Source: an uncultured bacterium
GTDB lineage: Bacteria > Krumholzibacteriota > Krumholzibacteriia > Krumholzibacteriales > Krumholzibacteriaceae
Length of the DNA stretch: 64,000 nt
Direction: 5' to 3'
Assembly: GCA_963813815.1 (NCBI GenBank)
Contig: CAWFAD010000016.1
Location: 576,001-640,000, forward strand
The notes under the pieces were generated by a model. The model saw only the letters and a program-made list of their open reading frames with translations, was not told the origin of the DNA and searched no databases. Positions 18,537-27,480 of the stretch are shown in pieces; the first letter of the stretch is position 1; the number at the start of each line of letters is the position of its first letter. Both the position numbers and the translations under genes were made by a program.

Positions 18537-20168
18537 TTACTCCTCCGACATGAACGGGTAGCGGTAGTCCTTCGGAGGACAGAAGGTCTCCTTGAGCGTC
18601 CGCGGGCTCGTCCAGCGGATCATGTTGAGAAGGCTTCCCGCCTTGTCGTTCGTTCCCGAGGCGCGGCTCCCGCCGAAGGGCTGCTGGTTCACGACCGCGC
18701 CCGTCGGTTTGTCGTTGATGTAGAAGTTGCCCGCCGCGTCGCGGAGCGCGCGCGTGAGCTCGACGATCGCCGAGCGGTCCTCGGCGAAGATGGAGCCCGT
18801 GAGCGCGTAGGCCGAGCCCGTGTTGACGAGGTTGACCGCCTTCTCGATCTGCCGGTCGTTATAAACGTAGATCGTGAGAACCGGCCCGAAGATCTCCTCG
18901 CGCATCGTCTTGAAGTCGGGGCGTTTCGCGACGATGACCGTCGGCTCGATGAAGTAGCCCTTGCGATCGTTGCAGCCGCCGCCGGCGATGATTTTCGCGC
19001 CGGACGAGCGCTTCGCGTACGCGATGTACGACTTGATGCTCTCGAACGCGGCCTTGTCGATCACGGCCGTCATGAAGTTGCGGAAGTCCCTCGCGTCCCC
19101 CATTTTGATCGTCGCGATCTCGGCGAGCAGCATCTTCTTGACGCGCGGCCAGAGGCTTTTCGGGACGTAGGCGCGCGAGGCGGCGGAGCATTTCTGCCCT
19201 TGAAACTCGAAGGCCCCCCGCACCATCGCGATGACGAGCGGCCGCACGTCCGCCGAGGGATGCGCGAAGATGAAATCCTTGCCGCCCGTCTCGCCGACGA
19301 TTCTCGGGTACTGCTTGTAGTTCTTGATGTTCGAGCCGATCACTTCCCACATGTTCTGGAAGACGGCCGTGCTGCCCGTGAAGTGGACGCCGGCGAGGTC
19401 GGGGTGCGTGAGCACCTGATCGCCGACGACCGAGCCCGGTCCGGGGATCATGTTGATGACGCCGTCCGGAAGCCCCGCCTTCTTCAGGATCTGCATGACG
19501 AAGTGGGCGGAGTAGACCGCGCTCGAGGCCGGCTTCCACACGACGGTGTTTCCCATCATCGCGGGGGCCGTCGGGAGGTTTCCCGCGATCGCGGTGAAGT
19601 TGAACGGGGTCACGGCGAAGACGAAGCCGTCGAGCGGACGCGCTTCGCTCATGTTCCATATCCCCGGCTGCGATTCGGGCTGCTGCGTGAGGATCTGCTT
19701 CATGAAGTACGTGTTGAAGCGCAGGAAATCGATGAGCTCGCACGCCGAGTCGACCTCGGCCTGAAACGCCGTCTTGCTCTGCCCGAGCATCGTCGCGGCG
19801 TTGAGCGTGGCGCGGTGCTCGCCGGCCAAGAGATCCGCGGCGCGCAGGAAGATCGCGGCGCGCGCCTCCCACGGCATCCGGGACCACGATTCCTTCGCGT
19901 CGAGGGCGGCCTTGATCGCGGCGCGGACCTCGCGCTTGCCGGCCTTGTGGTACGTGGCGAGCACGTGTTTGTGATCGTGCGGCATCACGCAGAGACCCGT
20001 GGCGCCCGTGCGGACGTTGCGGCCGCCGATGACGCACGGGATGTCGATCTTCTTTCCCGCGAGCTCGCGGAGCTTCGCCTTGAGCTCCGCCTTTTCCTTC
20101 GAGCCGGGCCCGTAGGACAGGATGGTCTCGTTCTTGGGCATTTCGACCTTCGGGATTCCTGCGATCAT
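18537..20168 (-). CDS. pruA: L-glutamate gamma-semialdehyde (P5C) dehydrogenase
   Basis: PFNFTAIAGNL, FTGST, GETGGKDF, FQGQKCSAASR, EEIFGP, QQPFGGSRASGTNDKAG. Confidence 0.95.
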   Translation of the reverse strand: MIAGIPKVEMPKNETILSYGPGSKEKAELKAKLRELAGKKIDIPCVIGGRNVRTGATGLCVMPHDHKHVLATYHKAGKREVRAAIKAALDAKESWSRMPWEARAAIFLRAADLLAGEHRATLNAATMLGQSKTAFQAEVDSACELIDFLRFNTYFMKQILTQQPESQPGIWNMSEARPLDGFVFAVTPFNFTAIAGNLPTAPAMMGNTVVWKPASSAVYSAHFVMQILKKAGLPDGVINMIPGPGSVVGDQVLTHPDLAGVHFTGSTAVFQNMWEVIGSNIKNYKQYPRIVGETGGKDFIFAHPSADVRPLVIAMVRGAFEFQGQKCSAASRAYVPKSLWPRVKKMLLAEIATIKMGDARDFRNFMTAVIDKAAFESIKSYIAYAKRSSGAKIIAGGGCNDRKGYFIEPTVIVAKRPDFKTMREEIFGPVLTIYVYNDRQIEKAVNLVNTGSAYALTGSIFAEDRSAIVELTRALRDAAGNFYINDKPTGAVVNQQPFGGSRASGTNDKAGSLLNMIRWTSPRTLKETFCPPKDYRYPFMSEE

Positions 20169-20267
20169 GCTCCTACCTCCGAGCGTGTGTGGCTGATGTA
20201 CCGGGCGAGAGGACGCGCCTCTCGACTCGCATTGCCGATGAAAAAGCGCGGAGAAATAACGAGTTGC

Positions 20268-20296
20268 AATATAGCAAAACGGACTTCTCCGGTCAA
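20268..20296 (-). promoter_or_regulatory. sigma70 promoter of pruA
   Basis: On the minus strand TTGACC-N17-TATATT with an extended -10 TG. Confidence 0.6.
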
Positions 20297-20361
20297 GGCG
20301 GCCCGGACCGGCCGCGGCGGCGAGAGGCCGCGCCGCGGCTCCGTTCCGCCCGCCGCAACCC

Positions 20362-20391
20362 TTGACTTCGGCGGCGCCTTGCTGTTATCTT
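20362..20391 (+). promoter_or_regulatory. sigma70 promoter of the tRNA-Trp/trpS/tryptophanase unit
   Basis: TTGACT-N18-TATCTT with an extended -10 TGn. Confidence 0.6.
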
Positions 20392-20424
20392 GTCGGGGAT
20401 AAAGCGCTTCGATACGCGGGTATC

Positions 20425-20497
20425 AGGGGAGTAGCTCAACTGGTAGAGCGTCGGTCTCCAAAACCGGTGGCTGCGGGTTCAAGTCCTGCCTCCCCTA
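20425..20497 (+). tRNA. tRNA-Trp (anticodon CCA) with discriminator A73; CCA end not encoded
   Basis: Cloverleaf: acceptor AGGGGAG/CTCCCCT, D-arm GCTC-AACTGGTA-GAGC, anticodon arm TCGGT-CTCCAAA-ACCGG, T-arm GCGGG-TTCAAGT-CCTGC; next base A, then TTTTTTATTT. Confidence 0.9.
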
Positions 20498-20564
20498 TTT
20501 TTTATTTCCATACGCCGGGCCGCGCCCGCGCGGCCGGCGCGGCGGCGCGGAGAAAACGGATCGC

Positions 20565-21590
20565 ATGAGCAAACGCAGAGTCACGAGCGGCATGCGCCCC
20601 ACGGGGAGCATGCACCTCGGCAATCTTCACGGCGCTCTCGACAACTGGGTGCGCCTCCAGAAGGACTACGACTGCTTCTTCTTCATCGTCGATTGGCACG
20701 CCCTCACGACCCCCGGCGGCGGCGGCGCCGTCGGTTACGAGAGCGTGGGGCGCCTGCGGGAGAACGTGGTCGAGATGGCGATCGACTGGGTCGCCGCGGG
20801 ACTCGATCCCGGCGCATGCGCCATCTTCGTCCAGTCGCACGTGAAGGAGGTCGCCGAGCTGCACCTCCTCTTCTCGATGATCACGCCCCTCGGCTGGCTC
20901 GAGCGCAACCCGACCTACAAGGAAATGGTGCTCGGCTACAAGATCGAGCATCCGAGCTACGGCCTTCTCGGCTATCCGACCCTGCAGGCCGCCGATATCC
21001 TCGCCTACCGGGGGGAGTTCGTGCCCGTCGGGAAGGATCAGGAGGCGCACGTCAATATGACGCGCGACCTCGCGCAGCGGTTCAACAGCCTCTTCGGCCG
21101 GGCGGTGTTCCCGATCACCGAGGTGCTTCTCACCGAGATCCCGAAGGTTCCCGGCATCGACGCGGTCGACAAGAAGATGAGCAAGAGCACCGGCAACTAC
21201 ATTGCGCTCGCCCACGGCGAGCAGGAGACGGCCGAGCGCGTGCGGATCATGTTCACCGATCCGGCGAAGATCCGCAAGAACGACACGGGGCATCCCGAGG
21301 GGTGCGTCGTCTACGCGTTTCACGGGTTCTACAACAAGGCCGAGCAGCCGCTCGTCCGCGGCGAATGCGAGGAGGGGCGACGGGGGTGCGTCGACTGCAA
21401 GAAGCAGCTCGCCGCGCGCATGAACGACGCTCTGCGCCCCATTCGCGAGCGCCGGCGCGCTCTCGCCGAGAAGCCGGATCGCATTCGCGAGATACTCCTC
21501 GACGGCGCCGCGAGAGCGCGTGAGGTCGCCCGCGCGACGCTCGCGGAGGTCCGCGAGGTCATGAACCTGTCGCCGGAGGACGGTATTTGA
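20565..21590 (+). CDS. trpS: Tryptophanyl-tRNA synthetase with a C-terminal four-Cys motif
   Basis: SGMRPTG..HLGN, DWHALT, GYPTLQAADIL, VPVGKDQ, KMSKS, C-x20-C-x6-C-x2-C. Confidence 0.95.
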   Translation: MSKRRVTSGMRPTGSMHLGNLHGALDNWVRLQKDYDCFFFIVDWHALTTPGGGGAVGYESVGRLRENVVEMAIDWVAAGLDPGACAIFVQSHVKEVAELHLLFSMITPLGWLERNPTYKEMVLGYKIEHPSYGLLGYPTLQAADILAYRGEFVPVGKDQEAHVNMTRDLAQRFNSLFGRAVFPITEVLLTEIPKVPGIDAVDKKMSKSTGNYIALAHGEQETAERVRIMFTDPAKIRKNDTGHPEGCVVYAFHGFYNKAEQPLVRGECEEGRRGCVDCKKQLAARMNDALRPIRERRRALAEKPDRIREILLDGAARAREVARATLAEVREVMNLSPEDGI

Positions 21591-23230
21591 TGAAGGACGC
21601 CATCGATTTTTTCGTATCCCAGTTTCGCAGCCACCTCGACTCCCCGCAAGAGCCCGTCGCCTACCGCCGGCCGCGTCCCTACCGGAACGCCGCGGTGAGT
21701 TTCCGGAAATGCCGCCTCGCCGATTTCGAGGAGCGCCGCCGGCTGCTCATCGAGGAGGCCGGGCTCAACGTGTTCCTCTTCCGCGCCGACCGGATCCCCG
21801 GTTGCGACCTACTCTCCGATTCCGGCACGACCACGATGACGATGGAGCAGTGGGCTTCGATGTTGCTCGGCGACGAGGCGTACGGTTCGAACGAGGGCTA
21901 TTTCGAGCTCAAGGAGGAGATCGCCCGCGCCTTCGGCCCCGCTTGGCGTCAACGGCAGGGACTCCTGACGGGCGAGAGCGAGCCGCTCTTCATCTTTCAT
22001 CAGGGGCGCGCGGCGGAAAACGCCCTCTTCAGCGTACTCGCGCGCGAGCTCCGGCGCGCGGGCGCGCCGCGGGAAGGCGCGATCTCGACGGAGCTCTTCC
22101 CCGAGCTGCGCTCGCGGATCGAGAGCCGCATGCGGCCGATGCGGGGCGCGGTAGCGGGGGACGTTCCGTACTATATCATTCCGAGCAACTCGCATTTCGA
22201 CACGACCGAGGGGAACATCGAGGACAAGCTCATGGTGCCGGTCAATCTCCCGTGCCGCGAGCATCTCACGGGCGACGAATCGTTCCCCTTTCGGGGCAAC
22301 ATGAACCTCGCCGAGCTCGAGAATCTCCTCGCCTCGGAGCGGGATCGCGTGCCGCTCGTGTACCTCACCGTGACGAACAACACGGGGGGCGGACAGCCCG
22401 TTTCGATGGCGAACATCCGGCGCGTCGCCGAGATCGCACACGCGCACGGCCTCCCGTTTTTCGTCGACGCCTGCCGGTTCGCCGAGAACGCCTGGTTCAT
22501 TCGGCGCCGGGAGCCCGGGTACGCCGAACGCTCGATCGAGAGCATCGTGCACGAGATGTTCGAGCACGCCGACGGGTTTCACATCAGCTTTAAGAAAGAC
22601 GGGCTCGCCAACATCGGCGGCGCCGTGTGCCTCCGCGAAGAGAGCGTGTTCACGAGGCGTTTCCCGCGTTTCATGAACGAGCTCACCGACTACCAGATCA
22701 TGACCGAAGGGCATCCGACGTACGGCGGGCTCGCCGGACGCGATCTGCGGGCGATCTCCGAAGGACTCCGGACCGTCATGCGGCGGGAGTACCTCGACAT
22801 TCGCATCGGACAGGTCGAACGCTTCGGCAACCGGCTGCGGGATCTCGGCATTCCGACGATCCGCCCGACGGGCGGGCACGCGATCTACATCGACGTCGAC
22901 CGATTCTTCGACGGCGCCTCGCGCGACGACGATCTCTGCGGCATATCGTTCACGGCGCTGCTCCTCATCGCGGGGCACCGTTTCTGCGAGCTCGGCGTGT
23001 ACGCGTTCGGTTCCTACGACGGCGCGAGGGAGGTTCCTCCCGAGCCGCGCGTCAACAACATCCGCGCGGCGGTGCCGCGCCTCGCCTACGAGGACCGCGA
23101 TCTTCTCGCCGCGGCGGAAGCCGTGAAGATTCTCCACGAGCATCGGGACCGGATTCCGCCGGTCCGCGTGGAGTACGGCCGGGATCTCAAGCTCAGACAT
23201 TTCAAGAGCCGTTTTTCCTTCGCTCTGTAG
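21590..23230 (+). CDS. tnaA: Divergent tryptophanase (tryptophan indole-lyase)-like PLP beta-eliminating lyase
   Basis: DLLSDSGT, GDEAY, HQGRAAE, HFDTT, GGQPVS, DACRFAENA, SFKKD (PLP Lys), TYGGLAGRD, GGHA, LRHF; TGATG overlap with trpS; RBS GGAGGA. Confidence 0.8.
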   Translation: MKDAIDFFVSQFRSHLDSPQEPVAYRRPRPYRNAAVSFRKCRLADFEERRRLLIEEAGLNVFLFRADRIPGCDLLSDSGTTTMTMEQWASMLLGDEAYGSNEGYFELKEEIARAFGPAWRQRQGLLTGESEPLFIFHQGRAAENALFSVLARELRRAGAPREGAISTELFPELRSRIESRMRPMRGAVAGDVPYYIIPSNSHFDTTEGNIEDKLMVPVNLPCREHLTGDESFPFRGNMNLAELENLLASERDRVPLVYLTVTNNTGGGQPVSMANIRRVAEIAHAHGLPFFVDACRFAENAWFIRRREPGYAERSIESIVHEMFEHADGFHISFKKDGLANIGGAVCLREESVFTRRFPRFMNELTDYQIMTEGHPTYGGLAGRDLRAISEGLRTVMRREYLDIRIGQVERFGNRLRDLGIPTIRPTGGHAIYIDVDRFFDGASRDDDLCGISFTALLLIAGHRFCELGVYAFGSYDGAREVPPEPRVNNIRAAVPRLAYEDRDLLAAAEAVKILHEHRDRIPPVRVEYGRDLKLRHFKSRFSFAL

Positions 23231-23434
23231 GCCGTCTCCGGCGCGGCGCGGTCGCGCCGCGCGCCCCGTGCGGGTCGCCGCGGCCCCGCCGAAGGCCGGC
23301 GAAGCCCCTTTCGGGGCGATTTTCTCGAAAATGGAATAGTTCGTGCTAATCAGCTCTCTATCCGGCTGTTATGAAGCGTGAGCTGCGCCCGCGCGGCCGA
23401 TGCAGGCTGCGAGGGCGCGTCCGCTGGAGGTAGA

Positions 23435-25225
23435 GTGAGCAGCGCGAACGAGACGAGCATGCCTCCGCGCGCCCCCGTCGAGACGGGCGGCGGCGAGCCG
23501 GAGCGTTCCGCGCCGCCGGGCGAAACCGGCCGCGCGGCCGGGGCGGATGATTCGAACTCCTGCTTCGTCTACTGCGACGTCGACGTGCGCGGCGAGCGGA
23601 GCGACGAGGAGCGGCAGCTCGCGGCCGTCATGGAGATCGCCGGCGCGATCAGCTCCCAGATCGATCTCAACCAGATCCTCTCGGCCATCGCGAAGGAGCT
23701 CGCCAAGGTCATCGACTACGACATCGGCTGCGTCGCGCTGTACGAGAAAGAGCGCAGCGGTCTCTTCATCCGCCACGTCTGGCGCAAGAACGGCGGAACG
23801 GCGGGAGAGGGCCGCTACGTGCCGCTCGACGATTCGAACCTCGTGGGCTGGGTCGCCAACCACCGCAAGCCGCTGCTTCGCAACGACATTCCCGCCGACG
23901 GCCGCTTCCGCGAGATCATGCGCGAGGACAACCTCAAATCCGACATCGTCGTGCCGCTCATAGCGAGGAACGCGCTCATCGGCACCGTGAACGTGGGAAG
24001 CTTCGCGCTCGATCACTTCAGCGAATTCGACCTCGATCTCCTCGTGCGCTTCAGCACGTTGACCTCGATCGCCATCGAGAAGAACATGCTGCTGCGCGAC
24101 CTCGCCGATCTCGGGGAAAAGTACAGCCTCCTCATGAAGAACGCCGGCGAGATCATCGCGATCCTCAACGCGCAGGGGGAGTTCATCGAGTGCAACCGGG
24201 CGATGTGCGACGTCTTCGGGTATCGCGCCGACGAGCTCATCGGCCGTAACTTTCTCGTGCTGACCCTTCCACACCTGCACGACAAGGTGAAGCAGAGCTT
24301 CTTCCGCATGCTGCGCGGAGAGATCACGCGCGCGGGGGAGATGCTCTTCCTGCGAAAGGACGGGAAAACCGTCGTCGTCGAGATCAGCGGCAGCGTCACC
24401 CGCATGAAGGGCGCGCCGTGCCTGGTGGTTATCGCCCACGACGTCACCGAGCGAAGGACCCTTCAGGAACGCATCACCGCGCAGAACGCCGAGCTGACCA
24501 AAATCAACCGCAAGCTCCGCGAGCTCGACGACCTCAAGAACGAGTTTCTCGGCAGGATCAGCCACGAGCTGCGAACGCCGCTCTCGGTGATCATGGCGTA
24601 TACCAACACGCTGCTCGAGGACCGGGACCAGTCGATCGATCCCGAAACCCGCGCGGAATTTCTCCGCGTCATCGACGACCACTCGAACAAGCTTCTCGGC
24701 CTTATCAACGACCTGCTGGATCTCTCCCGCGTGGAAGTGTCGCAAACGATGCTCCACAAGAGCGACGGGAGCCTGAACGACATCGTCAAGATCTCCGTCC
24801 GCATCGCCGAAGCGATCGCCGCGCAGCACCGCGTCCGCGTGACCGCCGACCTCGACGACATGATTCCGATCATGAGCTTCGATCCGCTGCGCATCAGACA
24901 GGCGTGCGTGAATCTCCTCAACAACGCCGTGAAATTCAGCTCCGCCGGGGGCGTCGTCACGATCCGGACGCGGAACGGCAGCGGGGAGGTCACCGTCTCG
25001 ATCGCCGATCAGGGAGCGGGGATCGCCGCGGAAGAGATTCCGCTGCTGTTCGAGAAGTTCGCGCAGCTCGACGGAGGCGCCTCGCGCGAGAACGACGGGC
25101 TCGGCATCGGGCTCAAGCTCGTGAAACACTACGTGGAGCTTCACGGGGGGCGGATCTGGGTCGAGAGCGAGGTCGGCAAGGGATCGACCTTTTCGTTCTC
25201 GCTGCCGCGCCAGCGGCAGGACTAG
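23435..25225 (+). CDS. GAF-PAS-HisKA-HATPase sensor histidine kinase
   Basis: RBS GGAGG then GTG 23435; ISHELRTPL, NLLNNAVKFS, DQGAGI, GLGIGL; cytoplasmic; no adjacent cognate regulator. Confidence 0.9.
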   Translation: MSSANETSMPPRAPVETGGGEPERSAPPGETGRAAGADDSNSCFVYCDVDVRGERSDEERQLAAVMEIAGAISSQIDLNQILSAIAKELAKVIDYDIGCVALYEKERSGLFIRHVWRKNGGTAGEGRYVPLDDSNLVGWVANHRKPLLRNDIPADGRFREIMREDNLKSDIVVPLIARNALIGTVNVGSFALDHFSEFDLDLLVRFSTLTSIAIEKNMLLRDLADLGEKYSLLMKNAGEIIAILNAQGEFIECNRAMCDVFGYRADELIGRNFLVLTLPHLHDKVKQSFFRMLRGEITRAGEMLFLRKDGKTVVVEISGSVTRMKGAPCLVVIAHDVTERRTLQERITAQNAELTKINRKLRELDDLKNEFLGRISHELRTPLSVIMAYTNTLLEDRDQSIDPETRAEFLRVIDDHSNKLLGLINDLLDLSRVEVSQTMLHKSDGSLNDIVKISVRIAEAIAAQHRVRVTADLDDMIPIMSFDPLRIRQACVNLLNNAVKFSSAGGVVTIRTRNGSGEVTVSIADQGAGIAAEEIPLLFEKFAQLDGGASRENDGLGIGLKLVKHYVELHGGRIWVESEVGKGSTFSFSLPRQRQD

Positions 25226-25277
25226 CGGCTCATCCCATCGAACACGAACGATCGCGACCGGCGGCGGACCGCCGCGG

Positions 25278-26276
25278 CTACCGTACGACGAGCTCGCCCG
25301 TCTCGAGGCTGATACGGCGCGTGATGGAGGTCACCGCGAGCCCGCCGATCCGCATCTCCGCCGAGGGATCGTCCGGATCGGCGCCCTCGACGATGATGCG
25401 CGCGAGGCTGTCGGTGTCCTTGCCCTGCTCGACGACGAGGTTGCCCGAGGTAACCACGCCGTGGCGGAGCAGATACGAGGTGAGGCCGGCGGCGGCGGTT
25501 CCCGACGCCGGATCCTCCCAGACGCCGATGGCCGGGGCGAAGTGGCGCAGATACGCCGTGCAATCGCTCGTATACACGTCGAGAGAGAACAGATGATTCG
25601 TGTGAATTCCGTATCGGCTGTTCATGAGACCGAGCTTGATGAGATCGGGATTCATGTCGCGGATCGTTTCCTTGTGAAGCACGGGGATCATGAGCTGCTC
25701 GAGCCCCGTTGAGACGATCTCGAGCGGCAGCCCCGTCCGCGTGATCTCGCTCGAATCGATGCCGCAGTATTTCGCGATCTCCTGGGCCGAGACGTTCGAC
25801 GGCCGATGCCCCCTGATCGCCTGATGGAGCATGATCTTCTCGAGCTCGCCGGCGGGCTTGCCGTTGACGGAGACGATCGAGGCGCGCGCCGCGCCGCCGC
25901 GGGGAGCGCACGCCGGAGCTCCGGCGGCGTAGTGAATGTCGAGCCGGACGAGACCGGCCCGCGTCTCGAAGAGCGCCTTCGTCATGCCGTTCTCGAGGGG
26001 GATGCGTCCCTCCTCGATGAGCGCGTGGCAGGAGGCGATGAGGGCGTGTCCGCTCAGGTCGAACTCATCGGATTGCGTGAAGAACCGCACGCGGAAGAGA
26101 GCCCCCTCCAGCGATGGCAGCGTGACGAAGGCGATTTCGGAGAGGCTCATTTCCGCCGCGATGGCCTGCATCGTTTCGCTCGAGAGGGGTTCCGCCTCGG
26201 TGACGACGCCCGCCGGATTGCCGGCGAACGGAGTCGTCGTGAACACGTCGACCTGCTTCATCGTAATGTCCTGCAT
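25278..26276 (-). CDS. PhzF/YddE-family isomerase
   Basis: QVDVFTTTPFAGNPAGVV, MSLSEIAFV, RFFT...SGHA, EDPASGTA; RBS GGGAGGA. Confidence 0.88.
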   Translation of the reverse strand: MQDITMKQVDVFTTTPFAGNPAGVVTEAEPLSSETMQAIAAEMSLSEIAFVTLPSLEGALFRVRFFTQSDEFDLSGHALIASCHALIEEGRIPLENGMTKALFETRAGLVRLDIHYAAGAPACAPRGGAARASIVSVNGKPAGELEKIMLHQAIRGHRPSNVSAQEIAKYCGIDSSEITRTGLPLEIVSTGLEQLMIPVLHKETIRDMNPDLIKLGLMNSRYGIHTNHLFSLDVYTSDCTAYLRHFAPAIGVWEDPASGTAAAGLTSYLLRHGVVTSGNLVVEQGKDTDSLARIIVEGADPDDPSAEMRIGGLAVTSITRRISLETGELVVR

Positions 26277-26477
26277 ATCCGATTCCTCCCCGGCGATACA
26301 TTGCAAAACGAGAAGCTCGCGGTGCAAAGTCCGGTGTTCTTCCCGCTTTTCCCGAAAGCTTCCCGCTCGTATCCGAAAATCCCTTTAATTTTGTAACTGC
26401 TTATCGTCATGTGAGTTACCTTTTTAGTCCGGCCGGTATTCCGGCCGGCGGGTTCCGCGGGTTTCCCCGTCCCCCGG

Positions 26478-26493
26478 TGGTATAGCAATTGCA
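26478..26493 (+). promoter_or_regulatory. sigma54 (-24/-12) promoter upstream of the che operon
   Basis: TGGTATAGCAATTGCA: GG-N10-GC spacing matching TGGCAC-N5-TTGCW, 136 bp before cheR; AT-rich tract upstream. Confidence 0.7.
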
Positions 26494-26628
26494 AATCCGG
26501 TTCCGAACATCGGTCCCGGCATCTCGTCGGGCAGGGTCGGAAATCTTGGGAAAGAACACCGCGGGCCCCGCAGACGGCGGCTCGCGAGCGCCGGCGCCGC
26601 TTCATGAGCGCCGGACCGGAGCGCTTCG

Positions 26629-27480
26629 ATGACTCGCGCCGCCACCGACATGGAGCTCGTCGATCTCATTGCGCGGCTTCAGCTGAAGTTCGGGATGGAT
26701 CTTTCGAGCTATCGCCTGAACTGCCTCAAACGGCGCATCTCGCTCCGGATGTCGACGCTCCGCATCGATGGCGTCGACGGGTATTTCGCGTACATCTCGT
26801 CGAACCGCGGCGAGATCGAGGCGCTCCTCGACACGATCACGATCCACGTCACCGAGTTTTTCCGCGACGCGGACGTGTTCGAGGATATCGCGAGGGACGT
26901 CTTGCCGGGCATCGTCGAGCGCGCGCGGGGCGGCTCGGGAAGCCCCCTGCGCGTTTGGAGCGCGGGCTGCTCGACGGGCGAGGAAGCCTACAGTCTCGCG
27001 ATCGTCATTCTCGATTATCTGCGGTCGCACCGGATCGATATCGGCCTCGATCTGCAGGCCACCGACATTTCGAAGGAAGCCTGCCGCGTCGGCCGCCTCG
27101 GGATCTACGACCGGAGCAAGATCGAACATGTCCCGGCGGCGCTTCGCGACCGGTGCTTCGAGCCCGTCCCGGAAGGCTTCCGGGTCGCCGAGGCGGTGCG
27201 GCGGGCGGTTCATTTCGCGGTGCACGATCTCTTTCAGGGCGCTCCCTACGAGCGCCTCGATATGATCGTGTGCCGGAACGTTCTCATCCATTTCGATCAT
27301 ATCGCGCGCGACGAGGTGGTCAGGCGCTTTCACGGCGCGCTCGGTCCCGGAGGCATACTCGTGCTGGGCAAAACCGAGGCGATCACCGGCTCGGCCGGAG
27401 CGCTGTTCGACCTCGTCGATCCGAGAAGCAAATTGTATCGAAGCGTATGCTCCGTTTTTCCCGAAGGAGGAAAACGATGA
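26629..27480 (+). CDS. cheR: Chemoreceptor methyltransferase
   Basis: [32 protein letters not shown]. Confidence 0.95.
   Translation: MTRAATDMELVDLIARLQLKFGMDLSSYRLNCLKRRISLRMSTLRIDGVDGYFAYISSNRGEIEALLDTITIHVTEFFRDADVFEDIARDVLPGIVERARGGSGSPLRVWSAGCSTGEEAYSLAIVILDYLRSHRIDIGLDLQATDISKEACRVGRLGIYDRSKIEHVPAALRDRCFEPVPEGFRVAEAVRRAVHFAVHDLFQGAPYERLDMIVCRNVLIHFDHIARDEVVRRFHGALGPGGILVLGKTEAITGSAGALFDLVDPRSKLYRSVCSVFPEGGKR

Noticed and set aside
20450..20467. Suppressor or recoding tRNA
   Set aside because: The anticodon loop is a standard 7-nt CTCCAAA (CCA, reads UGG), and I saw no in-frame stops in conserved genes of the window.
20425..20565. tRNA as an integration site or a T-box leader
   Set aside because: No integrase, no duplicated tRNA 3' end and no T-box AAGGTGGTACC-like motif seen.
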